Of a stretch of 64,000 nt of DNA, positions 53,229 through 64,000 are shown in pieces (position 1 is the first letter of the stretch; every line of letters begins with the position of its first letter). The stretch spans positions 21,020,001 through 21,084,000 of the forward strand of contig OZ076409.1 of assembly GCA_964187785.1 (NCBI GenBank). The letters are read 5' to 3'. The notes beneath the pieces were generated by a model that was given only the letters and a program-made list of their open reading frames with translations, was not told the DNA's origin and ran no database searches. Position numbers and translations under genes: made by a program. Source of the stretch: Amphiscolops sp. MND2022 (taxonomy: Eukaryota).

Positions 53229-54966
53229 TGTCATGAATATTTAGATCAGGGTAATCATTGTTTAACTGGTTCTCATCCTGTTCATTTCTCAAGTTGTTCT
53301 TTGCGTTTAGATTTCGCTGAACTTCGGAAATTAGTTCCGGTCTCTCAGACGGGATGTCCCATCCCTTTCTGGTCCCGTGTCCTGATCCGGCCATAATAAC
53401 ATTTTGGATTTGAGGAAGCACCTGAGTACTTATCGCATCACTTATGGCTTTCTGTAATTGGACAATCACAGAATTCATCATCTCGTCCATTTCTCGTGAA
53501 ATGGGGGAATTTAATTCACTTGACAACCTGTTTATCTCAGCACTAGAGTTGCCTGTAACTGAATTGCGGTAACATTCGGTATTTGTCCTAGAGCTAATAT
53601 TTCTCTGGTTTCTACCTATGTTCCCATCTTCATTTTCCGATTCATTGCTTGCAAAGCTTCTAGATCTCCTAAGCAAATTGCTAAATTGCTATATAACTGC
53701 CTTCGCTTTCCCTTGTGTTAAAATGGTTCTCACCTAGCATGATATCTAAATTCTCGATATCGGATAACATTTCAAGTCCTCTCGACTTTCTTGCCTTCTT
53801 CTGTTTTCTAGTTGTAGGCATTAAGACAAGACCGGGTTGAATATTTTAATTATTGAAACCGGAAAGCTGGCAGAGTAACTGTATTGAGTATTTTGAGTAT
53901 CTTTACTAGTGTAAGGTTAACTGGATTAATCCATTCCCCCAACGGGGTGGTAGTATTTTTACTGCTTGGGGAATGACAATCACATTTTTACATGACTATT
54001 TAAGAAAAAAGGAATCATATGATCTACAACTTCATAGGGAAAATGTCCCGACACTTACAATTATTGGGGACATATAAGGAATGGCATCTAAAAGTCACCT
54101 GATAAAATTGCAGCTTCAAACAAATTACCTGCTTAGGCAATTGCATCAAAGTGTCAACAAATACCTCCGCTTACACATTTTACAACAGAGAGAAGTGAAG
54201 GCACGAGCCAACACAAGGCTACTACTGACTACATCAAAAATGGAATGTATCAATGCATGTAGGAATTTCAATATGATTCAAATATGCGTGAAAGGTACAC
54301 TTTCATGTCAAGGTCGGAATGGGTTCAAAACCATGAAATAAACGGCACATTAAGGGGGCATGGTAGAATGGCCTTAATTGTCCATTATATTTTGGTTGGG
54401 GTTACTTGTATACCAAAGCGTCACAAATGCTTTTATCTAGTTTAAAATCACGAATTTATTAGCTCCGCCAAAATACCAGTCTAATTAGGCAACAAAGTAC
54501 TATAATGCATGAATTGGCCGGAACCGGACATTTGACCGAAGTGCTCGTGAAGGCAGGCTACTTTAAGTCAAAAGGCCTCACTCGGCCATTGTAGCATAAA
54601 AGCACCTATACAACAAAAGAAACGATTCTGATTGGTTGATAAATGCACTTGAACACGTTTCCTTCTCGCGATTAACTTGCGTATTGTTTGCTATTGTATC
54701 AATTCAACTTCGCAATCTACTTTCACTTCTCAGTATACTGCATCAACACATTGATTTGGCTAATCCCAAATCGTAATATTAACAGTCTAATATAAACTGC
54801 AACATATTAAAAATATAACAGTTCGCAAACAAATATTATTGTTAAGTGTGAGTTTTAAAGTTCAATTTTGTACTTGCTCAAAATGTAGGTAGGGTTCCGG
54901 GTACCAATTCTTGGTTTGTTGCCGTTGTCTTTATCAGTGTGCCATCACAGGCGGCAGCCTGCGACA
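53229..54966 (-). repeat. 3' LTR (1738 bp, TGTCGC...CATGACA)
   Basis: 5' boundary coincides with the end of homology to the TSD-flanked solo LTR. Contains the MPTTRKQKKARKSRGLEMLS start (ATG 53821). Confidence 0.8.
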
Positions 54967-55663
54967 CTGCGGGTGTTATGAAAAGAAACGCGCCAGCGTT
55001 TAAGCCGTTCTCGTACGCCTCTCTTCTGATCCTTGTTATGTATTCAGGTTCTCCTCTGGGCTTAGATCGGGCAACATACCACTCCACTTTCTCCCTTTTG
55101 ATCGCCTCCGAAGATCTGCTACCAACCATGCATCCAGAAAATAGTTTCTCGCTGACATTCTCGTAAGGCCTTGTGTTTTGCACATGGTAAGAGGCGTGAA
55201 AACCTCCCAAGACAGGCTGCATAATGGTGGTGTCCATACTTGGCCATCTTTCGTGATCAGGGGGTGACATCGGGGACTCTGGCACGGGTAGTAGGGTTTT
55301 GCAAAGCTCTATACGAGACTTCCCCGTTTTCTTCGGGGGAGCATAACACCTTTTCTTGTCAAAGTATTTATGATCCAATTTTGGAGTCACGTCCGTCTGC
55401 GTCTGGGAAGAACTGGGACCAGCTTCTGGTTCGTCTTCTGTAGGCTCGCCTACGGTCATTATACGGCCTCCAATTAACATGGGGCTGGAGGTGACTTCTC
55501 TTTCGATTCTAGCTACAAGTTGCTCCGTATCCGTGGAACAATCCGTCTCCCAGTCTGATGACTCGTCTTCGCTACTTGAGATGTATATCACTGATCTCTC
55601 AGAATCATCAGAATCAGATTCTTCAAGGCCAAATAGTTTTCTCGCGAGGCTGTATTTATTCAT
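54878..55663 (-). CDS. Accessory ORF X, unknown acidic protein; last 28 codons lie inside the LTR
   Basis: Open frame (ORF track 54878-55813; likely start MNKYSLARKLFG at 55663). The C-terminal peptide is 17/28 identical to the one encoded by the solo LTR. Confidence 0.75.
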   Translation of the reverse strand: MNKYSLARKLFGLEESDSDDSERSVIYISSSEDESSDWETDCSTDTEQLVARIEREVTSSPMLIGGRIMTVGEPTEDEPEAGPSSSQTQTDVTPKLDHKYFDKKRCYAPPKKTGKSRIELCKTLLPVPESPMSPPDHERWPSMDTTIMQPVLGGFHASYHVQNTRPYENVSEKLFSGCMVGSRSSEAIKREKVEWYVARSKPRGEPEYITRIRREAYENGLNAGAFLFITPAVSQAAACDGTLIKTTATNQELVPGTLPTF

Positions 55664-56642
55664 GATGACTTTTTTCGCTATTTTTGAAGCTGCCAGAGGC
55701 AACTGAATTGAGATGAAATTTGGTGAAGAATGAATTTGCCCGATCTCAGAATTTAGCCGAATCAGACCTTTTCCGAAGTTTCCAATTTGGCGGTTAAAAC
55801 TTCGGTTGATCATCCTGATCCGTCGTAAACTTTCCTCAAAGGAATTTCATAACCAGTCGGCATCCTTTGATAACTTAGTGTTTACCTCTCATCAATATCA
55901 TCACTGTGAGAGGCGTGAACAACGCTTGAGTTGTAAACATCAACTTTCCTTATTTCAAGTGGGTACTTAGTGAGCCGCTTGAAGGTAATTAACGGCACGC
56001 GGCACCAAATCTTTCTCAAAATAGCTCTGACCAATCAGAATCAAGCTTTGGTAAATTGAAAAATAAATGATAAAAATGGCGAAAATAGTAAATCTGAATT
56101 ACCCAAAATGGCGAAAATTCTAACTAAGGGTAATTATGGTAACTGAACGAAACGGTAAAACAAAACGGGGCGAACGGCAGTAACCGGCCGGTAACTAAGT
56201 AAACTGTAAAGAGCGGAGAACTCTGTACATTTCGCTGGCACACTCCATATTCTAATTGTTTCTTTTGCTTGGATTCGCTCATTAGACACTCATTTCTCTC
56301 CGTCTTCCATCCAGTTTCAGACTTCTTGCTGTAGGAGTATCCCTCTTCTTTCCTGTCAGATCCGGCCGATTCCCCTAATTCCAGCAACCGATCAGGGACC
56401 TATTCCCAACAGTTGATCCGCCACAGTATGTCTTCAGCTGAAGGTTGGTTTGTTTCAAATTTGAACTAAATTTAACTTGATCAGGGCCAAATTTGTTCAC
56501 AAAACGCTTCCTGTTTCCATCAATGAACACGTGGTAACACATTTGATTCAAATTTTCAAAGCACTTCCGGAAGTTTTCTAATGCGGTAAAAAAGGATTTC
56601 TTTCAAGGAAGCACACCGCCAAATTTCATCTCCTTTTGTTCA

Positions 56643-59600
56643 GTGAATCAGTCAGAAAAAGAATCCCAAACACAAACCAACACTCCAACTGACATCCCCG
56701 TTGAGTCTGTCTCAGCAGCGACTCCTGTGAGCGCATCCAACATTGCTTGTGGGCCAGTCCCTTCTCCGTCACTTTTTCCTCCTACTCGACCCCTTAGGTC
56801 GCCAGCCAACTCCACTAACAGCATGGCAAATGTTGCAAGTACCGATGGGAACTCCCAGCCTTCTGAAGAAGCCCAACGCTCAGCCCCACAACAACTTGAG
56901 GAAAATCTTGGAGAGGTAGATCAACTGGACTCAGAGAGTGTGTCGAAGGTTTTACCTCCTGCTGAGGGCGAAACCCCGACTAACCCGTTGCTCTTCCGGA
57001 CCAGCACCCCTACTCAGGACCTGACTAGTGCGTCCACGGTGCTAAATTTGACCCAATTAGAAACTGGACTTACCATCGCACCTTCCTCTCGAACCATGCT
57101 ACCTGAATTGTTGCCAGTTGCTATTCGCGCCGCCGAAGTATCAGCGGTTTCGTTTTTGCAGACTGAGACTGACGATGGTTCGTCTTCCTGTGATGCTCCT
57201 AGGTTACCAACTGGTGAGACCAAAGTAAGGTTCCTCGACGACAGCACAGGGGCTGAGGAAACTGGTGATACATCCCGTCAGGCTAGTGGTCCCCCTTCTG
57301 TATGGATTCGTCCCACCTAGCGCCGCAAACGCGAAAATGGGTGAAGAATCATCATCGGAAGTCTTTGCCCACATTCCTGATCCTTCACAACCGTCTACAT
57401 CTGCTCCACATGACACCACAATTCGAGAATTCTCTGGCCGGGGTAGAGCCATTCTGAAGCAGTATTTTGACGAAGACGCTTCGACCATCAGCTTCCCCCT
57501 CGGCCACAGGACAGTAGCGTTCACGGAACCTCAAGTCTATCATCTTCTCCGTGTACTGACCGATGAGACTTTGAAGATGTCATATGAGGCAATGGAACGC
57601 ATGGTCATTGGAGCAGTCAAGGGTGCGCCTGTTACCTCTGAATCTAGAACTGGCCATTTCAAACTCCAGCGAAGAGCCCAAACGCCTGGACCTGGGCAAC
57701 AAGAAAACTCCAGTGATTGCTCCCAAGACGCCACTCATTTCGGATTTAGGCCCGACACCTCTGAGGAAGTGAGCACTGACAGGGAAGTGAGGGAAATGGA
57801 CTCCTTCAATGACAGTGACAGTTCTGGGGAGATGATCTTGATCTCCCAAGCCTTTAAAGAATCTTCCGGCACCGGACCTGCCACCCGTGAGGCTGTCAAC
57901 ATCAACCCCAAGAATGAGGGCTTTGGGTCTGCGGGTCAATCCAGCCTCGATGCTACGCTCTCAGAACTACGAGACCAAGCAACCCCTGTAGAGCCTCCTG
58001 CGCCAAATTCCAGCAAACGGCCCAAGAAGAAGAGACGCGATCAAGCACGGGGTGTACTCATGAAGGAGAAATTCTTCTATTCTTCTCTAAAATCGGCTGG
58101 ACACGTTCCTTCATTTCTGGCCCAGCAGATCCCCTGCATAACCCTTACATGGTGTAGTGCCACATATCTAAGAAGAATATATCGATAAACACAAAGGGCA
58201 CACTAGAGATTTTACGTCACCACCGCACCGACAAGCACCTTAGACGGGACCAAAGGTGGCGCTATGAATATCTAAGGAGCGTTCAACCAGTAACGGGCAA
58301 GGTGCAACATCGGGTGAGAGGGCGCAATGGCAAAATACTCTCCAAGATCGAGTTGGCAAAAAAACTGGCAAAATTCAAACACGCAGAACTAGTCGACAAT
58401 GAGGAGCGTTTCCTCTTTTACGACGACTTCCTGAAAGGCACGTCAACAACACTCGTCACTCTGACCAATTACCAGTCTAGCTACTGCGACTTCGACTGGG
58501 GGATAACAGAATCTCGGTAGGCTTCACTTAAATTAATACAAGGGCTAGGGCAGATACGGTTTCCCTTCACACTTCATGTGTTTTGTATTTCCTTTTAGAC
58601 CATCTTCCAGTACGTTTTCAATTGCCTGATGAGTGACCTGGCTGCACAGATTGCTGCCACTCAAGGCTTTGGGATTGAGTTTGAGATGCTGGCTCGAATA
58701 GACTCATGTCCGTAAGGTTCTGGAAGTGCGACTCTCTGTGACGAGTTTTCATCTGCCGAAGCGGATTTCCATCCAGTGATTTGACGGGAGAGTTGGGCTC
58801 GCAGAGTTGCTTCCGTTTTGAACATCTTCGACTTGAGACAATGATGCGCAAACCCACCTACAGTGTGTTCGGCCGTATAGACTTCTTCTCGGTCCTAAAG
58901 TGTCTCATGGTCTCGTTGGGAGCGGCCACTGATGAAGATTGGGTCATACAGTCCCCTGACCTGGCGCAAGTACTTATATTATGTTCATCCATGAGGCAAG
59001 GTTGCCAGTAAACAGGTAAAATTTTAGTGTTGATTTGGGTTTGTTTAGGCCATTGACACTTGCAAGTTGAATTTATCGAGTCTACCCAATCTTTGTCGTG
59101 AACTCATGAAGCATTGGAAGGCAGTCCGTCAATACCTCACTTCCCACACTCCCCATCAAGGCATGCAGGGAGTTCATAACCAAGTGCAAAGCTTCGAGTG
59201 GTCGATCACTTGCGACTCTTTCTTCGTGGTGAAGCTGGAATTTTTCCAGCGAATAATCAGCGATTGTAAGTATGCAGTTCTATTTTGTTCGGCATATTAG
59301 GACATTGTCACAATAACGTGTATTTCTGACTAAGGGAATCGGTGAAACAATGGTCTTTAAACATGGTTCTATATATGCGTTCTGTCAGGTCTGTATAGGT
59401 GATCTTATGTGTTTCCAGATGTTTCCAGTTTCGTCGTTAATCTCCAAGGCCGACGGGATGCTTCCTTCTTTCTTTGCGGAGAGGTCTGTCGTTTCGTCTC
59501 GAAATTGTGTGCGCGATGCTACTTGCCTGAGTCCATCCCGGTGGAAAACTCGTAGTTCCTCCTACTGGGGCTCAAAGTAAGCGAAGGAAAATTCATTACT

Positions 59601-60563
59601 GAGGAGAACTTCCTCGTCCGGTTCAGGCTTGCCGCCAAGATAGCTACTGCCAGTAAGCAGAGCGCAGAAGTAGTACTTTTAAACAAGAAGTCCGAAAAAG
59701 CCGCTATCTATAAAAGAGACGCCGAGGTGACTATCAGTTTCGTCAAAGAAGGGCTACAGTTCATCCAGTGCTCGATTAATCAAGTCCTCAGTCAGGCTGG
59801 TTTGAGCTCTGAGATGATCAAGGGATTAGCTGCCTTTGATCCCTTCGTCCTTTTCAAGCGCCCATCCGAAGTTGGACTCCGGCACTTTGAAGTACTGTAC
59901 TCAACTTTCCAGCTTCGGTCTTGGGTTACTAGTGCCAACGAGAACTCTTGCCGAAATGAGTATTTAGCCTTGCTGGATCACCTTGCTGATTTTGACTTGA
60001 TGGAAAGCTCCACTGACCTCATAGATTTCCTGATGGGGCTTGAGTTCTTTCAGACTCATGAGCACTTTTGCTACATCTTCAAGTTGTGTTGCCTTTGCCT
60101 GACTAGTTGCAGTCCTCAGTATCCCCCAATATTGTTCGGGAATGTTGACACAAGTGGGTACCGAAGTCGTTTCGCCGATCTGGTGGTTCCTTGCCAAAGT
60201 TATCTTTCTTGTGTGTCTGATTTCATCTCCAGTTGCAGTTCAGATGCTAATTTGGAGAAGTTCGCTGTTCTTAGTGAGTCCTTTGAACGATCTGCTTTTT
60301 CTCCCGAGTATGATCCATGGACTTATGTGGATGAGTTTGGTTGTTCCAAAAGATACAAAGGTCTACTTGCCACTTACAGGGCTGTCACTGCAATTCCTTC
60401 TGTCCGTTCAGACCGCATAGAAAAAGATACAAGCTCGATCGTCCCTGATGACTCTGCAATAAAGGTGCCTTCCAAGAAGAAAAGGAAGAGAGCAGGTAGC
60501 AATAGCAGTTCAACTATCTCGTCAGCTTCCAAGAAACCCGTTCAGGGATCTTCTAAAGACTAA
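56643..60563 (+). pseudogene. Spliced accessory gene antisense to pol, hAT-transposase-like; disrupted in this copy
   Basis: Low-complexity N-terminus, degenerate Zn finger (V*CHISKKNISINTKGTLEILRHHRTDKH), GT-AG introns 58517-58598, 58970-59048 and 59266-59418 (the last two join ORF fragments in frame), and a basic KKKRKR tail. Confidence 0.7.
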
Positions 60564-60794
60564 TGTGAACATATGTATTTATGTATACAGTGAACTTGTA
60601 AACTTTGTTGATTCTATTCTGATGTTGTATTCATTGTTCTTTTTTGTTTCTTTTGATTTCTTGATCCCGTATTCATTTTCTTCTGGAAGGGATCCTTTGA
60701 AATGCCCCGTTGTTTATTCAAAAGATGTCATAGGGGCCAAACAAAAAGAAAAAGATAAAGAAAAGAACTCCTATTTTCGGGAAGAATTCAATTC

Positions 60795-63700
60795 TTAGTA
60801 TCTGAAGTCTTCTGAGTAGTTTGGAATAGGATTAGGCCTGAGGTTATATCTCCCTCCTCTAGGGCTCAGACTTTCGTTTCTGGTATCGTTCTCAGATATT
60901 TCGGACACGATAATATCATCCCCCTTTTTGGAGAATTTTGTGCGTCATTTTCATTCATCGATTTTCTTTTTGAAAATTTTCCGTCGTTTTCTAGGCTTTC
61001 ATCCGTATTCGGCAAAGTTTTTTCTTGATTTTTTGGGTAAACGGCCGCATTCGGCCAATCAGATTCTTCATTTCTAGTCGCTTCATTAGCTTCATTTCTT
61101 TTAGTGATGTCATCATTTAATCTTTCATTCCGGCTATGCGCCGCATGGTCAGCGTAATTTGTTTCGTCTCTCGTGATTTTGTAATCCGCTTCATTCTCGT
61201 CTACGTCACTTGGAATCGGTTCTGCCGCATTCGGTTGTTCGCCATTCGGCAAGCTAGTCGGAATAGGATCGTGTCCTCGTGTATTTAGCTGGTCGCCGAA
61301 GTCTGTTTCCCACGTTATTATATATAAGTCATCTTGCGGAATAACAATTTCTTCATCAGGCTGTAGCCGCTGTTCTCGGAAATTGTCCTCAAGCGGTTGA
61401 TTGGGGACAAACTTTTTAAAGCGGATCCGATGCAATATTTGAGTCTTGTTTGTGTTAATTCGTCGTACAATATAATTTTCATTTGGCAAAACTTTTTGAA
61501 CTATAAATGGTCCAACCCAACGATAATCACGGAATGGAATTTTTGATCCTTGATGATCCGCTTTCGGCAGTAATCATTCTCCTTTAATGGAGCGGCTTTT
61601 GCTTTGCGGTCGTAATATTCTTTCTACTTGATATACGACTGCACAATATTCTGCTTTGTTTTGTCAATCAAGATTTTTGTCCGATTTTGTATTTCTTCTG
61701 CAAATTCGGTTATAGGGCTAATCTGCTAGTTTGGATTATTTCCAAGCTTGTGATCCAAGATAATATGTGGAATCCGTCCAAGAAATACTCTCGTCGGTTC
61801 ACACCCGATGCTGGCATGGTAACTAGTATTATGATTGAGTACTGCTAATGGTAAGTATTTGTGCCATTGTCGGCGGTATTCCCTGCATGCCATTTTGAGG
61901 TTTGTTTTCAGTGAGGCATGTGTCCGCTCTAATTTCCCAATCGTTTGCGGATGTTTTGTTGTTGCACATTTGAGTGTTATGCCTAAAATTTGTGTAAATT
62001 CCGCAAAAATTGTAGACGTAAATGCAGTACCTTTGTCAGTAATAAGTGTTGTCGGTCAATATGCATGTTTAGTCATGATGTTGATGAGCGCTTTTGCTAC
62101 ATTGATCGCTGATGCATCCGTAAGAGGATAGGCGAAAAAATATCTAGAGAATGCGTTGATTGCTGTTAGGACGTTTTCAAACCCTCCACTCGGGGGAAGA
62201 TTCGGCAATAGGTCGATTTGCATGGCGTCTTCATGTCCAAGGTCCCATTCGGGCAAGTTGAGCAGTTCAGGCGTAATTGTTGTATTAGGGACTCACTTTT
62301 CTCTTGCGCATTCTTCACACCCTTCTACCCATTTGTTGACGTGTTCAGCCATGCTAGGGTAGTAATACCTCTGTCGAATTTCCTGCAACATTTTTGAGAT
62401 GCCAGGGTGTTTATGCGCTGTGCCGTGAAGGGACTGAAGCAATTCCTGGAGTAAGTGTTGCGGGAGCAGAATTTGATGGTATTTAACGTTCCCTGTTTCA
62501 TCAAAGTATTGCCTCGTCAGGATTTCGTCTTTAAGTATAATTCGTTCCAGATTGTTTGCATAATGTCTGTATCGGGCATCCTGCTGCAGTAGGTTCTCTG
62601 AATATTCTTCATGAAGGAGTTTTGCCTTCAATTGTTGTAGTACTGCATCTTCGGATTGCTCGATAATGATTTGATTCGTCTTCCTTATTCGGACTTGTAT
62701 ATCAGGGTGTTGTTTGACCAGATTTGTTGACAGACTTTGTATTGTAACCGTGGGCTCATCAATAGCTGGATGTTTCCTGATTGCTTCTTTCCTTGCCCAG
62801 TATTGTTCCTCTGTCTCATCATTGTCATTAGTGTAGAAGATTTGTTCTTCTTGTGTCACTCCTGCGGATTGGACGTTTATTTCAATTGGTAACGTTTGTA
62901 CATCTTCGCGTATCTTCATGACTGATTTGTTCTTCGGGTCTGCTTCTAAACGGGACAAATAGTCGGCAGCTGTATTTTGTGCTCCTGGGATGTACGCTAT
63001 GACAAAATTGAACTGAATCACGTAATCACACGCGTTTCACAGGGCTGGGGGTATTATTTTTGTTTGAAAAAATTGTGTGACAGCTTTGTTATCTGTAAGG
63101 ATAATTACCGGTTTCGGCGCACCACAGAAGATATGTCCAAATTCCTTGAATGCAAAGTAAATTGCAAGGAATTTTTTGGCGTAAATTGACATCTTGATCT
63201 GTGCTGGGGTAAAGGTTTTTGATCCGTATGTTACAGGGGCATAGGACTTTCTGAGTGACGTGAATTTCTGGCTTGGATCGTCTTCAATTAGGACAGCGTA
63301 CCCAGCTGCACCAAAACTTGCATCAGTCATTAGTGCAATTTGCTTGTTCGGGATAGGTTGTTGTAGGGCCAAATCGCAACATTTGTCGAGTGTTTTATTG
63401 ATTTCTTCAAATTGCTGGATTAATTCTTTCGATACTTGGACCTTTTAGTCACTTTTCAGCATCTTGTAGAATGGAGCAAGGCGTTCTGAAAGTCTTGGGA
63501 CATAATTTCTGTAGTAGTTCAAGAATCCCAAGTAGCGCTGCAAAGCCTTTTTCGACTTTGGGAATTTGGATTTTTCCAGAAAGTTTTGTACATTCTGTTT
63601 TTAGGTTTGACGCCTTGTGGGGCAATCGTTCGTCCGAGGAAATCAATTTCTTTTGCACCGAAGTGACATTTGTGCATTGTCAACTTAAGGCCTGCTTCCT

Positions 63701-64000
63701 GAATGCATTTGAATGTTGCTTTCAGGTTAGCTATGAAGTGATTAGCATCATTAGCTGCAATGCCGATATCGTCCACGTACTGGGCACATTGGTCCGCTTT
63801 GATGACTTTATCAAGGTATTCCCTCATAAAGCTCGAAAATGCGGACAGAGCTCGGCTAAGGCCTTGTGCCAATCGTCTATATGCAAATGTGCGGCTGGCG
63901 AAGTTAAAGGCCAACATTTCAATAGATCGTTGGTCAGCCATCGGCAGGCAGTGGTAAGCCTGTGAACAGTCTAATTAACAGTACAGTTTTTTGCCTGCTA
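60795..64000 (-). pseudogene. pol: Ty3/Gypsy pol (RT, RNase H, integrase) with frameshifts and stops
   Basis: QGLSRALSAFS, AQYVDDIGI, LMTDASFGAAG, ILTDNKA, NTAADYLSR, HGTAHKHPG...CEEC, QIDLLP, TDKGTAF. Ends YNLRPNPIPNYSEDFRY*. Confidence 0.93.

Larger units (their letters stand above)
53229..64000 (-). mobile_element. Large Ty3/Gypsy LTR retrotransposon (3' 10.8 kb) with ~5.8 kb accessory region; continues beyond the window
   Basis: RT-RH-IN order, contiguous GC-richer cargo region, and a TG...CA LTR delimited by homology to the solo LTR at 45886-47418. Confidence 0.8.

Noticed and set aside
54878..60563. env gene or endogenous retrovirus call for the post-pol ORFs
   Set aside because: No signal peptide, furin site plus fusion peptide, or TM anchor; the larger gene is antisense and spliced.

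Overview
AT-rich eukaryotic (animal-like) genomic DNA made almost entirely of transposable elements. I can call no host gene with confidence and see no prokaryotic operon, rRNA, true tRNA or CRISPR array. Main contents: (1) the 3' end of a + strand LTR retrotransposon with an unknown extra ORF (1-2677); (2) two decayed Tc1-like DNA transposons; (3) several MITE/foldback and Helentron-like non-autonomous repeats and one tRNA-derived SINE; (4) a young full-length BEL/Pao element on the - strand (22049-31080) with 1158-bp LTRs, one in-frame stop and a non-canonical LTR end, followed by a 1.2-kb tandem duplication; (5) an old, internally deleted Gypsy-like element (39233-45875); (6) solo or partial LTRs; (7) the 3' 10.8 kb of a large Ty3/Gypsy element on the - strand (53229-64000). 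The last element is the most interesting signal. Between pol and its 3' LTR it carries about 5.8 kb of cargo: an antisense, intron-containing gene with hAT-transposase-like motifs, and a divergently oriented unknown ORF whose C-terminus lies inside the LTR. The LTRs of this clade appear to code at both ends, with the accessory-ORF C-terminus at the 5' end and 110-200 putative gag codons at the 3' end in a conserved phase. No polypurine tract is visible at the 3' LTR boundary. All family assignments are by-eye motif recognition, not database searches.
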